Of a DNA stretch of 64,000 nt, positions 1 through 8,576 are shown piece by piece. Below the pieces are notes generated by a model. That model saw nothing but the letters and a program-made list of their open reading frames with translations, was not told the origin of the DNA and ran no database searches. Within the stretch, counting starts at the first letter, position 1; the number at the start of each line of letters is the position of its first letter. Origin of the DNA: a virus (lineage: Duplodnaviria > Caudoviricetes); IMG/VR virus record IMGVR_UViG_3300037424_000434, positions 96,001 to 160,000 of that record. One strand, given 5' to 3'. Both the position numbers and the translations under genes were made by a program.

Positions 1-2
1 AA

Positions 3-533
3 TTGTGGAAAGGGGATGAGATTGGAAGAATTAACCGAATGACAAAAACAAAACAGGTAACCATATCAAATATGTCAGTGGAAGAAAGAAGTGAAAAGTT
101 TGGTTGGTTGAACAGTGTTCCAGATAATAAAAGGGAATATTATATAGACAGAATTCAAGTGGGGTTAAAACAATGGCATAAAGATGCGTCTGATTCTGAT
201 TTAAAAGAATTATATGAAAAGGTACGAAGAACAAAATTGGGTGATAGATATTGTGATGAAGTTATGAGTAGATTTTATATGTATAGACAAGAGGTAAGAT
301 ATTTGACCGAAAAAACATACAAAGAATATAAAGCCATAATAAACCCAAACAACCACGCACGAAGTAAGAATGGTTGGCAATTAGACCATAAATATAGTAT
401 TGTTAAAGGTTTTGATAACAAAATAGAACCAGAGATTATGGCATCAGTTACAAATCTACAAATATTATCAGCACTTGATAATAACAAAAAGAGTGTTAGA
501 TGTGATATATCTATAAAAGAGTTATTGTTATGA
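3..533 (+). CDS. HNH-type free-standing homing endonuclease (probably 5'-truncated by the window edge)
   Basis: C-terminal motif WQLDHKYSIVKGFDNKIEPEIMASVTNLQILSALDNNKK (DH...N...N spacing). Stop overlaps the gp4 start (ATGA, 530-533). Confidence 0.7.
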   Translation: MWKGDEIGRINRMTKTKQVTISNMSVEERSEKFGWLNSVPDNKREYYIDRIQVGLKQWHKDASDSDLKELYEKVRRTKLGDRYCDEVMSRFYMYRQEVRYLTEKTYKEYKAIINPNNHARSKNGWQLDHKYSIVKGFDNKIEPEIMASVTNLQILSALDNNKKSVRCDISIKELLL

Positions 534-997
534 TAGGTAATATAAAAAAACAGCCATCACATTGTGGATATTATACCCCAGTTTATTATGAAAAATATAC
601 AGGAAAATTACCGATTAGGATAATGTCATCTTGGGAGGCGGCGTTTTGCCGTTGGGCTGACTATTCTCAGGCAATTGTGAGATGGGCCAGCGAAGATATT
701 ATTATTAAATTCCAAGATCCCATTGAGCCAGTAAAATACGGAAAACCTCACTGGAGGAGCTATTACCCAGATTTTACAATAGAAACAGAGAAAGGTGAAA
801 TATTTTTAATAGAAGTAAAACCATTAAAGCAAACAAAACCGCCAGTACGTAGTTCAAAAAAAAGTCAGAAGACATTGTTGTTAGAAATAAAAACATGGAG
901 AACGAATCAGGCAAAATTTGCTGCCGCCGAAAACTATTGCAAACGCCGGGGCTGGAAATTTAAAATAATAACCGAGAAGGAGTTATTCGGAAAGTAA
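530..997 (+). CDS. gp4: T4 gp4-like head completion nuclease (TnsA-like PD-(D/E)xK)
   Basis: SSWEAAFCRWAD...WASE, YYPDF, IEVKP.KQT.PP and NQAKF.AA..YC..RGWKFKIITEKEL are gp4 family motifs. Confidence 0.9.
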   Translation: MIGNIKKQPSHCGYYTPVYYEKYTGKLPIRIMSSWEAAFCRWADYSQAIVRWASEDIIIKFQDPIEPVKYGKPHWRSYYPDFTIETEKGEIFLIEVKPLKQTKPPVRSSKKSQKTLLLEIKTWRTNQAKFAAAENYCKRRGWKFKIITEKELFGK

Positions 998-1857
998 TGG
1001 CGCTAATTTCGGATAGAGATAAGGGGAAATCGACAGCACAGTTTATATGTGATGAATGCTCATCTGTCTTTAAAGGGAACTATTATGTGTTAACAAAAAA
1101 GTATACATTTGTGCAGGAGTTGTTCGTGTAAAAATGGATGGAATCTCAAACATCACAAAAATGGAAAATATTTAACAGAAGAACAGAAATCGTTTATTGT
1201 ATGTTTATATGGAGACAACCAACTAGATGAACATTTTCCTAAAACAAAAACAAATAAACTGAGAATCAAGTGTGGCAAATGTAGTTTGGAGTATGACACC
1301 AATAACTATGATTTTCTTGAAAAATTTCCAAACAATATATGTTCATCGTGTATACAGAAGAGGGTGTGGGTGGAGAATTATGATCAATTTTGTATCACAA
1401 GAAATACCCCGGAATATAAAATCAATATATGTGATTCAGTAAAGACCTCATTAAAACATATTGCATCAAGAAAAACTCTGCCGCAAAAGCCGTTGAGTAT
1501 TGGAATAACGTTAGAGGGTTCACTCGTGAAGAATTGTGGAGTGAATATATGTTGTATAAAAAAATTACTTATAATATGACAGAAAGAGTATACAGACAAT
1601 ATATAAATAAGATAAACCCGAATAACCTAAACAGAACTGACTATCATCTCGATCACATATATTCAATATTAGAGGGGTTTAAAAATAACATACCACCATA
1701 CATTATATCTGATTTATGTAATTTGCAGATGATACCTCGAATTGATAATATCAGAAAAAACTGTAGATGTGATATGACAAAGGAGGAATTGATGATCAAA
1801 ATTTTTGATAAGGAGGACGCGATGGTAGCGGAACAATATAATGGCCTTAAGTGTTAA
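997..1857 (+). pseudogene. Zn-motif/HNH homing endonuclease broken by two compensating frameshifts
   Basis: ATG at 997 overlaps the gp4 stop and reads MALISDRDKGKSTAQFICDECSSVF. The coding frame shifts at the A6 run (1095-1100) into ORF 1109 (CRSCSC, CGKCS). It returns near 1441 to the original frame (KDLIKTYC...WNNVRGF...YHLDHIYSILEGFKNNIP...NLQMIPRIDNIRKN). Confidence 0.6.
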
Positions 1858-2375
1858 TTACGACAAAAGATTCAAAGGGATTAACTGGAAGTCGGGGCAT
1901 ATTTATAAGTTCCGCTACTCTTGAGTCTGCTTGGGCGCATGACCCTGAGCCTGTTATTATATTAATGTACTCTTTTAGTGGAACTCACCCAAAGACAATG
2001 CATGAATGGCATTTTTTTCAGGGCATCAATTTCACATACATACCTAGGAAAGATAGGGCACAATTTGCTCAAAGATGGATGCAGGTGTGGCAAAAATCAA
2101 ACGGCAACATACAGTTTACTTGGGGAACAGTTCTACAGGAATATCCATATCTCAAACACGCTGTAAGACGCTATTTTTACAAACCAAATTATTATATATC
2201 AAACCCTATAGAAGTTCCCATGGAGGACATGGATAAAGTTGTGGTAAGCACATGGTCCAAGGACTTCAGTAAGAAACTGAGAACCAGTCTGGTCCAAAAG
2301 TTCAAAAAAGCCAAACAGGGCATAGACCGAATGAGAGATTCTATTTCCCCTAGAGGAAAGAAGATGAAAAAATAA
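1841..2375 (+). CDS. T4 gp2-like DNA end protector, interrupted by an in-frame TGA and a +1 frame change at 1922-1928
   Basis: ATG 1841 reads MALSVNYDKRFKGINWKSGHIYKFRYS then TGA. The other frame continues SAWAHDPEPVIILMY...GINFTYIPRKDR...YPYLKHAVRRYFYKP, resembling gp2 GxNxxYxP and KRY motifs. Adjacent to gp4. Confidence 0.55.
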
Positions 2376-2434
2376 TAATTAACAATACCAAACATAAATG
2401 TATATAGAAATCAATATGTTCTTTTTGTATAAAA

Positions 2435-2442
2435 TATAAATA
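2435..2442 (+). promoter_or_regulatory. T4-type late promoter TATAAATA
   Basis: Exact TATAAATA 60 nt upstream of ORF 2503, followed by a bulged hairpin at 2446-2477. Confidence 0.7.
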
Positions 2443-2502
2443 CATGTAACCTGTTTCGGTATAGTCGAAACGGTTACCAAATACAATACTTAGGGGTTTC
2501 GC

Positions 2503-2877
2503 ATGTCGGATAGGAATCAGATAGATTCTGGTCGTGCAGGTTGGGATGCATGGGGAAACCACGTCTTAACCACACTCGAAAAACTGGAAAAAAAAGTAGA
2601 CGTACTTGAGGATAAAGTAGGGCTCCATAGAGAACAGACACTTGTAGACATAGCTACATTGAAAGCAAAAGCCGGGGTATGGGGGTCTGTTGCGGGGGTC
2701 ATTGCCTCCTTGATAACGTCTTTGATAGTGGGTTTATTGGTATATCAACTAACACATAATACTATGGATAAAACAACACCTCAACCACGCATCCCTGTTA
2801 CAGGAGAAAGCGTGATACTCCCAAAAGATGATCTATTGGGGGAGTTTCGTCTAAATGTTCATGAGGGGGATGTATGA
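2503..2877 (+). CDS. Coiled-coil plus single transmembrane helix protein (holin/XhlA-like architecture)
   Basis: Heptad-like LEKLEKKVDVLEDKV followed by hydrophobic GVWGSVAGVIASLITSLIVGLLVY. Stop overlaps the next ATG (ATGA). Confidence 0.5.
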   Translation: MSDRNQIDSGRAGWDAWGNHVLTTLEKLEKKVDVLEDKVGLHREQTLVDIATLKAKAGVWGSVAGVIASLITSLIVGLLVYQLTHNTMDKTTPQPRIPVTGESVILPKDDLLGEFRLNVHEGDV

Positions 2878-3983
2878 AATGGATTGATAATCTGTCAGAG
2901 AAATTGGCTTCTCATATCGTAAAACATGGGAGTGATCATGTCAAAGACATTAAGATGGAAGGTATTTCTCAAGAAATTGACATATTACGAGAGTTGAAAG
3001 ATGAACTTATCCGAAAAGAATCCGAGCTCGAGTTGTCAAGAATTGAGTGGGATAAAACGTTCGATTCTATAGTAGATCATATAGTCATAATAGACTCTGA
3101 CCTGACCATATCAAAGGCAAACAAATCGTTTATCCAGTACGTCAAAGAACGCGGGGGACCATGGGAGACTTTACTGGGAACTTCTTGGTCAGAGTTCAAG
3201 AAGCACATGGAACTTCCTGATGATATATGCGTTGTGTCTGATTGTTTCGATACCGGCCATCCCATAACAAACAAAATAGAAACCAATGGAACCGTATTCT
3301 TAGTTACGGCTAATCCCATTTTTGGTGACAGTGTTGATGGTCTCGTAGGGGTGGTAAGAATATCTCGAAACATCACAAATTCTGAACAACAATCAAAAAA
3401 ATTAGAACGACGTTCAAGAATATATCATGCTATCTCAGAGATGAGCAAAACACTTGTTAATCATGCGAACTGGAACGATGCGGTTAAACAGATTTTGCGT
3501 GACCTTGGATTGGCTATAGGCGCTAGTCGCGTTTATATATATAGAAATATTGATAGAGAGACAAGAGTATGTTCTGTTTTACAGCACTGTTTCCATAATG
3601 ATAAATATCGTGATTGCACAGCAGGGACCATAAACGAGTGTCTGAATTATGATATGATCCCTGAATGGGAAAAATTAATGACAAAAGGCCAGTCCGTGAC
3701 CGGCACTTTGGTTGAATGTCATATATGTCCGCTAAAACACAATTGCACCTGCACAGATGATGTTGTCGTGGAAGCCGTGCCTATATTTGTTGATGGCAGG
3801 TGGTGGGGTTTTATTGGGTTTGATTATATGAATGGAACCCGTAAATGGAAAGATGATGATGAGACTCTTCTTCGAATAGCGGCTGATGTGCTGGGCGGGG
3901 TGATCTACCACCGGGGCAGATATTGGGATACCATAGCAGAACTTGAAGGATGTGAAGAACAGCTAGAAGTAATAAAAGAATAA
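2874..3983 (+). CDS. PAS-GAF sensory protein with no output domain
   Basis: PAS start EWDKTFDSIVDHIVIIDSDLTISKANKSF. GAF: ISEMSKTL...VKQILRDLGLAIGASRVYIY...VPIFVDGRWWGFIGFDY...WKDDDETLLRIAADVLG. Ends about 25 aa later with no HisKA, GGDEF or HTH domain. Confidence 0.85.
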   Translation: MKWIDNLSEKLASHIVKHGSDHVKDIKMEGISQEIDILRELKDELIRKESELELSRIEWDKTFDSIVDHIVIIDSDLTISKANKSFIQYVKERGGPWETLLGTSWSEFKKHMELPDDICVVSDCFDTGHPITNKIETNGTVFLVTANPIFGDSVDGLVGVVRISRNITNSEQQSKKLERRSRIYHAISEMSKTLVNHANWNDAVKQILRDLGLAIGASRVYIYRNIDRETRVCSVLQHCFHNDKYRDCTAGTINECLNYDMIPEWEKLMTKGQSVTGTLVECHICPLKHNCTCTDDVVVEAVPIFVDGRWWGFIGFDYMNGTRKWKDDDETLLRIAADVLGGVIYHRGRYWDTIAELEGCEEQLEVIKE

Positions 3984-3990
3984 AAAATAT

Positions 3991-4042
3991 TATAAATAAC
4001 TAAACTTTTATCGTTTACATATTACCATATATGTATTAAGAT
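3991..4042 (+). promoter_or_regulatory. Late promoter TATAAATA (3991-3998) plus sigma70-type promoter TTTACA-N17-TAAGAT (4014-4042)
   Basis: Both motifs read directly upstream of the GGAGG RBS and ATG 4076. Confidence 0.6.
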
Positions 4043-4075
4043 GTAACATAAATTAAACTGTTGGAGGTATATTAT

Positions 4076-4429
4076 ATGAAATTTCAACTCGGAGAAATCC
4101 GTAACATGAAAGACCCGCTTATCAAACTATTGGAGAAAGAGATTCCAATCAAATCTGCATGGAAACTAAACAAACTGGTCAAAGAGTTTGATAAAGAGTT
4201 ACAAGAAATCGAAGAATTTCGTGTTGGTCTTGTTAAAAAACTAGGAGTAGCCGACGAAGAAGGAAACGTACAAGTCCCCGAAGGAGCAATGAAACAGTTT
4301 GTCGATGAGTTTAATGAACTGTTGGTGGCAGAGGTGGAGATAGGTTATGAACCTATTGAGATTGATAGCATCGGCGATATCCAAGTCAGTGCAAAAGAAC
4401 TTTTGATATTGGACAGGCTTTTCAAATAA
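4076..4429 (+). CDS. Conserved phage protein, DUF1617-like
   Basis: LIKLLEKEIPIKSAWKLNKLVKEFDKELQEIEEFRVGLVKKLG...FVDEFNELL pattern. GGAGG RBS. Confidence 0.6.
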   Translation: MKFQLGEIRNMKDPLIKLLEKEIPIKSAWKLNKLVKEFDKELQEIEEFRVGLVKKLGVADEEGNVQVPEGAMKQFVDEFNELLVAEVEIGYEPIEIDSIGDIQVSAKELLILDRLFK

Positions 4430-4455
4430 ACACATTTTTAATTATAACGGAATAT

Positions 4456-4485
4456 AAGGGATACCATCTTGGTGTCCCTTTTTTT
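4456..4485 (+). terminator. Rho-independent terminator
   Basis: AAGGGATACC-atctt-GGTGTCCCTT followed by a T tract. Confidence 0.8.
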
Positions 4486-4492
4486 ATAAATA
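4485..4492 (+). promoter_or_regulatory. Late promoter TATAAATA
   Basis: Exact motif abutting the terminator, upstream of ATG 4531. Confidence 0.7.
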
Positions 4493-4530
4493 CACTATAG
4501 ATAATAAAATATTATTTGGAGACATATCAC

Positions 4531-5208
4531 ATGGCTGACACCGATTACAAATTTTTTGTGCGAAATACCGACAACACAGGTTGGATAAACGTACTACAAG
4601 ATACTTATATGGCGGTAGATGACCCTGATAATTACTTTATAGGTAACCGTTTAGATGAAATTCTGTACGAATTAAAGGATGCTATTACCGATGTTGGGGG
4701 AGGTGGTCCCGGTTATCTAGGAGAAGCTATTCACGTTCTAGACACAAATGATTCAAGCGCGGCCAACGATGAGACAAGTTCGTTTTCAACTCGGGGTGGG
4801 ATGTCTATCGCAAAGTCTTTGTTTGTTGGTGTTGATTTGGTCGTTGACGGCAACTTCTCAATTGTTGGTACTTTTTCTTCCACAGCAGGCAACTTTGCGT
4901 CATCGTTGATTTCCGGGGCTGTCGCTTCGGTGTCAAAGGATACGGGTGCCCTAATAGTAACACAGGGCGGATTAGGGGTGGAGGGTGATGTTTTTGCTGG
5001 AGGTTCTGGAAATTTTGATACATTAAATATCACTAATGGGATAGCGCTAAGTGGAGGCATCACTATTTCTTCTGGTGTGGGTTCTCCTGAGGGGGTTGTT
5101 AGCTCTCCTATTGGATCTTTTTACACAGACAGTAATGGTGGGGCTAACACAACCCTTTACATTAAAGAATCTTCTCCCACAGCTTCGACGGGTTGGGTTG
5201 CTAAATAA
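4531..5208 (+). CDS. Virion fibre/spike-associated protein
   Basis: Gly/Ser-rich beta repeats (GGMSIAKSLFVG, GGLGVEGDVFAG). C-terminal GVGSPEGVVSSPIGSFY...LYIKES...TGWVAK motif typical of tail spikes. Confidence 0.6.
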   Translation: MADTDYKFFVRNTDNTGWINVLQDTYMAVDDPDNYFIGNRLDEILYELKDAITDVGGGGPGYLGEAIHVLDTNDSSAANDETSSFSTRGGMSIAKSLFVGVDLVVDGNFSIVGTFSSTAGNFASSLISGAVASVSKDTGALIVTQGGLGVEGDVFAGGSGNFDTLNITNGIALSGGITISSGVGSPEGVVSSPIGSFYTDSNGGANTTLYIKESSPTASTGWVAK

Positions 5209-5242
5209 ATAAAAGTTATAACGTGTCTTCGGAGAAAGAATT

Positions 5243-6673
5243 ATGAAGTATTATGGGATAGATATGCAGGGATCACTTCTTGTAGAAGAAAAGGCCACCT
5301 TATCATGGGTAACAGGTGATGATAGAAGACTTGTCAGGAATTCAGTGACTGATAGATTGTATATCGGATCATCCTCTTCTTTCAAAGAGTTATTACAAGA
5401 TATTAATTATGTTACGGGTGGAGGGTTTCCTGCAAACTTCAAAACAGCATTGGACACAACATACCATCCATTAGAAGATCAAAATGTTAGTACCACAGAT
5501 ACCCCCACCTTTACCGGAATAGCAGGAGTGTCAAGAACTGGCGTTGTTGGTGATATCCATATAGGGGTGTCTGCGGGTGCGAGTTCCACAAATACATTTG
5601 GAAGTAATGTTGTTATTGGGTGGGAAGCAGGTGAATTACAAAGCGGTAGTAATGGCGGAAATGTCTTTCTTGGGTACAGGGCAGGGAGACTGTGCTCTAA
5701 TGGAGACAATACTGTTACAACTGGATGCAATGTGGCTATAGGCAGGCTTGCTGGATACAATCTACATGATAGCACTGGAAACTTTTTTGTTGGATCATAT
5801 GCTGGATATTCAAGTGCGGGATCTAATAATATTGGCATTGGATTTAATAATTTAAGTTATAGTTCTTTTAGTGGATCGAATAATATTTCTATTGGCAAAA
5901 GTTCAGGAAAAATATTATCAACCGGGTATGACAACGTTATAATAGGGGATAATGCAGGCACGTTTATGACCACGGGTTACTCCAATACGTTGGTGGGCCG
6001 TTATACTGGTATTAACATAATATCCGGAAGCAAAAATATATGCATAGGTTATGGTGCTAAACCATCATCGGCAACATCATCCAACCAATGTATTATAGGT
6101 GGAACTGGGGCTGATGTAGTGAATGTGGGGATCGGTGGAAACGATAATCCGGCTTTTGCTCTTGATGCCACGGGCGACGTGAATGTGTCCGGTACTTTTA
6201 GAATACTTGGGGTTGATGTGATTGGTTCTTTAGGGGTGTCAATTGTTCCGACAGCGGCTGTCATGGCATTTGCTACAGTGACAGTCCCTTATGGTTGGTT
6301 GCCATGTGATGGGGGGACATACTCCAACACTACTAGTGGTGGTCTATACAATGCTCTGTGGTTAAAAATTGGAACAACATATGGTGGTACTGGGGCAACA
6401 AATTTTAAAGTTCCTGATCTCAGAGGATACTTTGTGAGGGGATCTGACGCAGGCAGAGGAGTTGATACAGGTAGAACTTTTGGGTCAAACCAGACGGATG
6501 GATTTAGAGCACATACACATACATATCAAGACATCAGTACCGGTCCTGCAGGGGGATATGATGTAACATCAAGTTCTCCTACTCAAGGACTGAAAATACT
6601 TGCAACCAGTAGTGCTGGTGGTACAGAAACAAGACCGTATAACATTGCATTACAGTATTGTATAAAATATTAA
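5243..6673 (+). CDS. Short tail fibre with phage tail-collar domain (gp12-like)
   Basis: Repeated N.xIG..AG units. C-terminal collar IVPTAAVMAFAT...GWLPCDG...LWLKIGTTYGG...FKVPDLRGYFVRG...ETRPYNIALQYCIKY. Confidence 0.8.
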   Translation: MKYYGIDMQGSLLVEEKATLSWVTGDDRRLVRNSVTDRLYIGSSSSFKELLQDINYVTGGGFPANFKTALDTTYHPLEDQNVSTTDTPTFTGIAGVSRTGVVGDIHIGVSAGASSTNTFGSNVVIGWEAGELQSGSNGGNVFLGYRAGRLCSNGDNTVTTGCNVAIGRLAGYNLHDSTGNFFVGSYAGYSSAGSNNIGIGFNNLSYSSFSGSNNISIGKSSGKILSTGYDNVIIGDNAGTFMTTGYSNTLVGRYTGINIISGSKNICIGYGAKPSSATSSNQCIIGGTGADVVNVGIGGNDNPAFALDATGDVNVSGTFRILGVDVIGSLGVSIVPTAAVMAFATVTVPYGWLPCDGGTYSNTTSGGLYNALWLKIGTTYGGTGATNFKVPDLRGYFVRGSDAGRGVDTGRTFGSNQTDGFRAHTHTYQDISTGPAGGYDVTSSSPTQGLKILATSSAGGTETRPYNIALQYCIKY

Positions 6674-6739
6674 CAATTTAAACATAAATATATATGTGAA
6701 CATGTGATCAAAAAATTGTAAAACGTATACGGAGAGAAT

Positions 6740-8317
6740 ATGGCAAAATGGTATGATAATTTGTTTGGAAATCAACCACATAGGATTGACGAGCAAATAG
6801 AAGCTTTTAAAAAAGTAGGAGATAACAAGAATCAATCCAAAGCAAGACAAGGCGAAGGGTTTGAGGATATTGATTTCATTCTCCATGGTCAATACAATTC
6901 TCTTGGGTTTAATAGTTTTTACAACACATATATTAATAAGTCTTTCGAAAATGAACTACAAAGACTTAAAGCATATCGCGAAATGTCTGCTTATCCAGAA
7001 ATCGCTGATGTTATTGAAGACGCGGCTATGGAATCCACCCAAGAAGATATGAATGGCAGGGTGGTAGAACTTCAAATAGTTGATGAGGATCTACTATCAA
7101 ACAAAAACGTTGTCAGTAATGTACAAAAAGAATTCCGTGAATTGTTCTACAGAAAGACAAAGATTAAATGGGAAATATGGAATCTAATGTACAACTATTT
7201 CGTTGATGGTAAAGTATATTTCGAACATTTAGTTGACCAAAATAATCCAAAGGGAGGGTTAATTGGGATAAAAAGGTTACCTTCGGAGACGATGGATTTT
7301 GAATATGATCCTATAACAGGTAACATTGTTGCATATTATCAATATCTGGCACAACGTCCTAGACAGAGACCACCGACAGTAAAAGATGCTAACGAAGATC
7401 CCACCATAATAGTATTTTACCCTGAACAGATAAGTCTGGTTCATTATGGATATCAAGGAGCAACTAAAAGAGAATTTCTAGGTTACCTTGAAAAAGCAAA
7501 ACAACCATACAACAATTTACGATTATTGGAAACATCTGTTGTGATTTATAGGTTGATTCGTGCTCCCGAAAGATTCGTGTTTCGTATTGACACGGGGAAC
7601 ATGCCCAAAGATAAAGCCATGAAGTACGTGGAAAAAATTAAACAAAAGTTTCAAAAAAGGCAAACGTATGACGCGGAAACTGGTCGTTTGACCAATGATC
7701 CTGAGGTATTTTCCATACTTGAGAACTTTTTTTTGCCACAGTCTGCTGATGGTCGTGGGTCTCAGGTCGATAGTGTTGGTGGTAATCCCAGTGGATTTGC
7801 CGAGCTTGACGATCTTTACTATTTCCAACGGAAGTTATACAAATCACTTAAATATCCGGCATCTCGGGTGTCATCCCTACAAGAACGTGCTGAGTCCGAC
7901 ATTATGTTTAACAGCGGACAGATGGGGGAAATAACTCGTGATGAGATTAAATGGGCCAAATTTTTAGAGCGCCAACAAATGCGATTCTGTGATGCCTTTC
8001 TGAAAATGTTTCTGACCCACTTAGAGCTGATAGGAATGAAGAAACAATATGACTTGGATGAGGACAAACTACGTATAATCATGACATCCCCTAACAACTA
8101 TAGGGACCACATGAAACAGAAATTACTCGAACAAAATTTCACCAACTATCAATCATTGTCAAGAGAGGAAGAATTCTCTAAATACTATCTAATGAAGAAA
8201 TATCTTGGATGGAATGATGATGAAATTGAGGCGAATATTGCTGGATTCAAGATGGACAAAAAACTTAAACCAGAGGAACCGGAAGGGGATGGTGAGGGTA
8301 GTAAGTTCAATTTTTAA
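6740..8317 (+). CDS. gp20: Portal protein
   Basis: YREMSAYPEIADVIEDAAME, WYVDG-like YFVDGKVYF, LLETSVVIYRLIRAPERFVFRIDTGNMPKDKAMKY, LENFFLPQSADGRGSQV. 525 aa. Confidence 0.95.
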   Translation: MAKWYDNLFGNQPHRIDEQIEAFKKVGDNKNQSKARQGEGFEDIDFILHGQYNSLGFNSFYNTYINKSFENELQRLKAYREMSAYPEIADVIEDAAMESTQEDMNGRVVELQIVDEDLLSNKNVVSNVQKEFRELFYRKTKIKWEIWNLMYNYFVDGKVYFEHLVDQNNPKGGLIGIKRLPSETMDFEYDPITGNIVAYYQYLAQRPRQRPPTVKDANEDPTIIVFYPEQISLVHYGYQGATKREFLGYLEKAKQPYNNLRLLETSVVIYRLIRAPERFVFRIDTGNMPKDKAMKYVEKIKQKFQKRQTYDAETGRLTNDPEVFSILENFFLPQSADGRGSQVDSVGGNPSGFAELDDLYYFQRKLYKSLKYPASRVSSLQERAESDIMFNSGQMGEITRDEIKWAKFLERQQMRFCDAFLKMFLTHLELIGMKKQYDLDEDKLRIIMTSPNNYRDHMKQKLLEQNFTNYQSLSREEEFSKYYLMKKYLGWNDDEIEANIAGFKMDKKLKPEEPEGDGEGSKFNF

Positions 8318-8357
8318 TAAAAAATGTGAAAACATAAATACTAGGAGGTAAACTGTT

Positions 8358-8564
8358 ATGCCGATTGACAACACAGAAATTAAAAAAGCTTTAGATGACT
8401 TTGAGAAAGAGGATTTTCTTGCGGCAAAGGATCGTATTGGTAAAGAAGTTAAGGGTGCTATAAGCGATTATTTTAAAGACAAACTTGAATTAAAAAATGA
8501 TTTGGTGCCAAAACCCGATGTGGTGGATACTAAAGTTGCTGCCGAGGTTGGTGCTGAAGATTAA
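8358..8564 (+). CDS. Small acidic prohead core protein (gp67-like by position)
   Basis: 68 aa between portal and protease, preceded by AGGAGG and a CATAAATA late-like motif. Confidence 0.55.
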   Translation: MPIDNTEIKKALDDFEKEDFLAAKDRIGKEVKGAISDYFKDKLELKNDLVPKPDVVDTKVAAEVGAED

Positions 8565-8576
8565 TAGGAGAAACAA

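Noticed and set aside
1851-1921. GTG 1851 as the start of the gp2-like gene
   Set aside because: It has no RBS. The frame from ATG 1841 gives a more protein-like N-terminus that joins the downstream frame at a matched codon. Not fully excluded.
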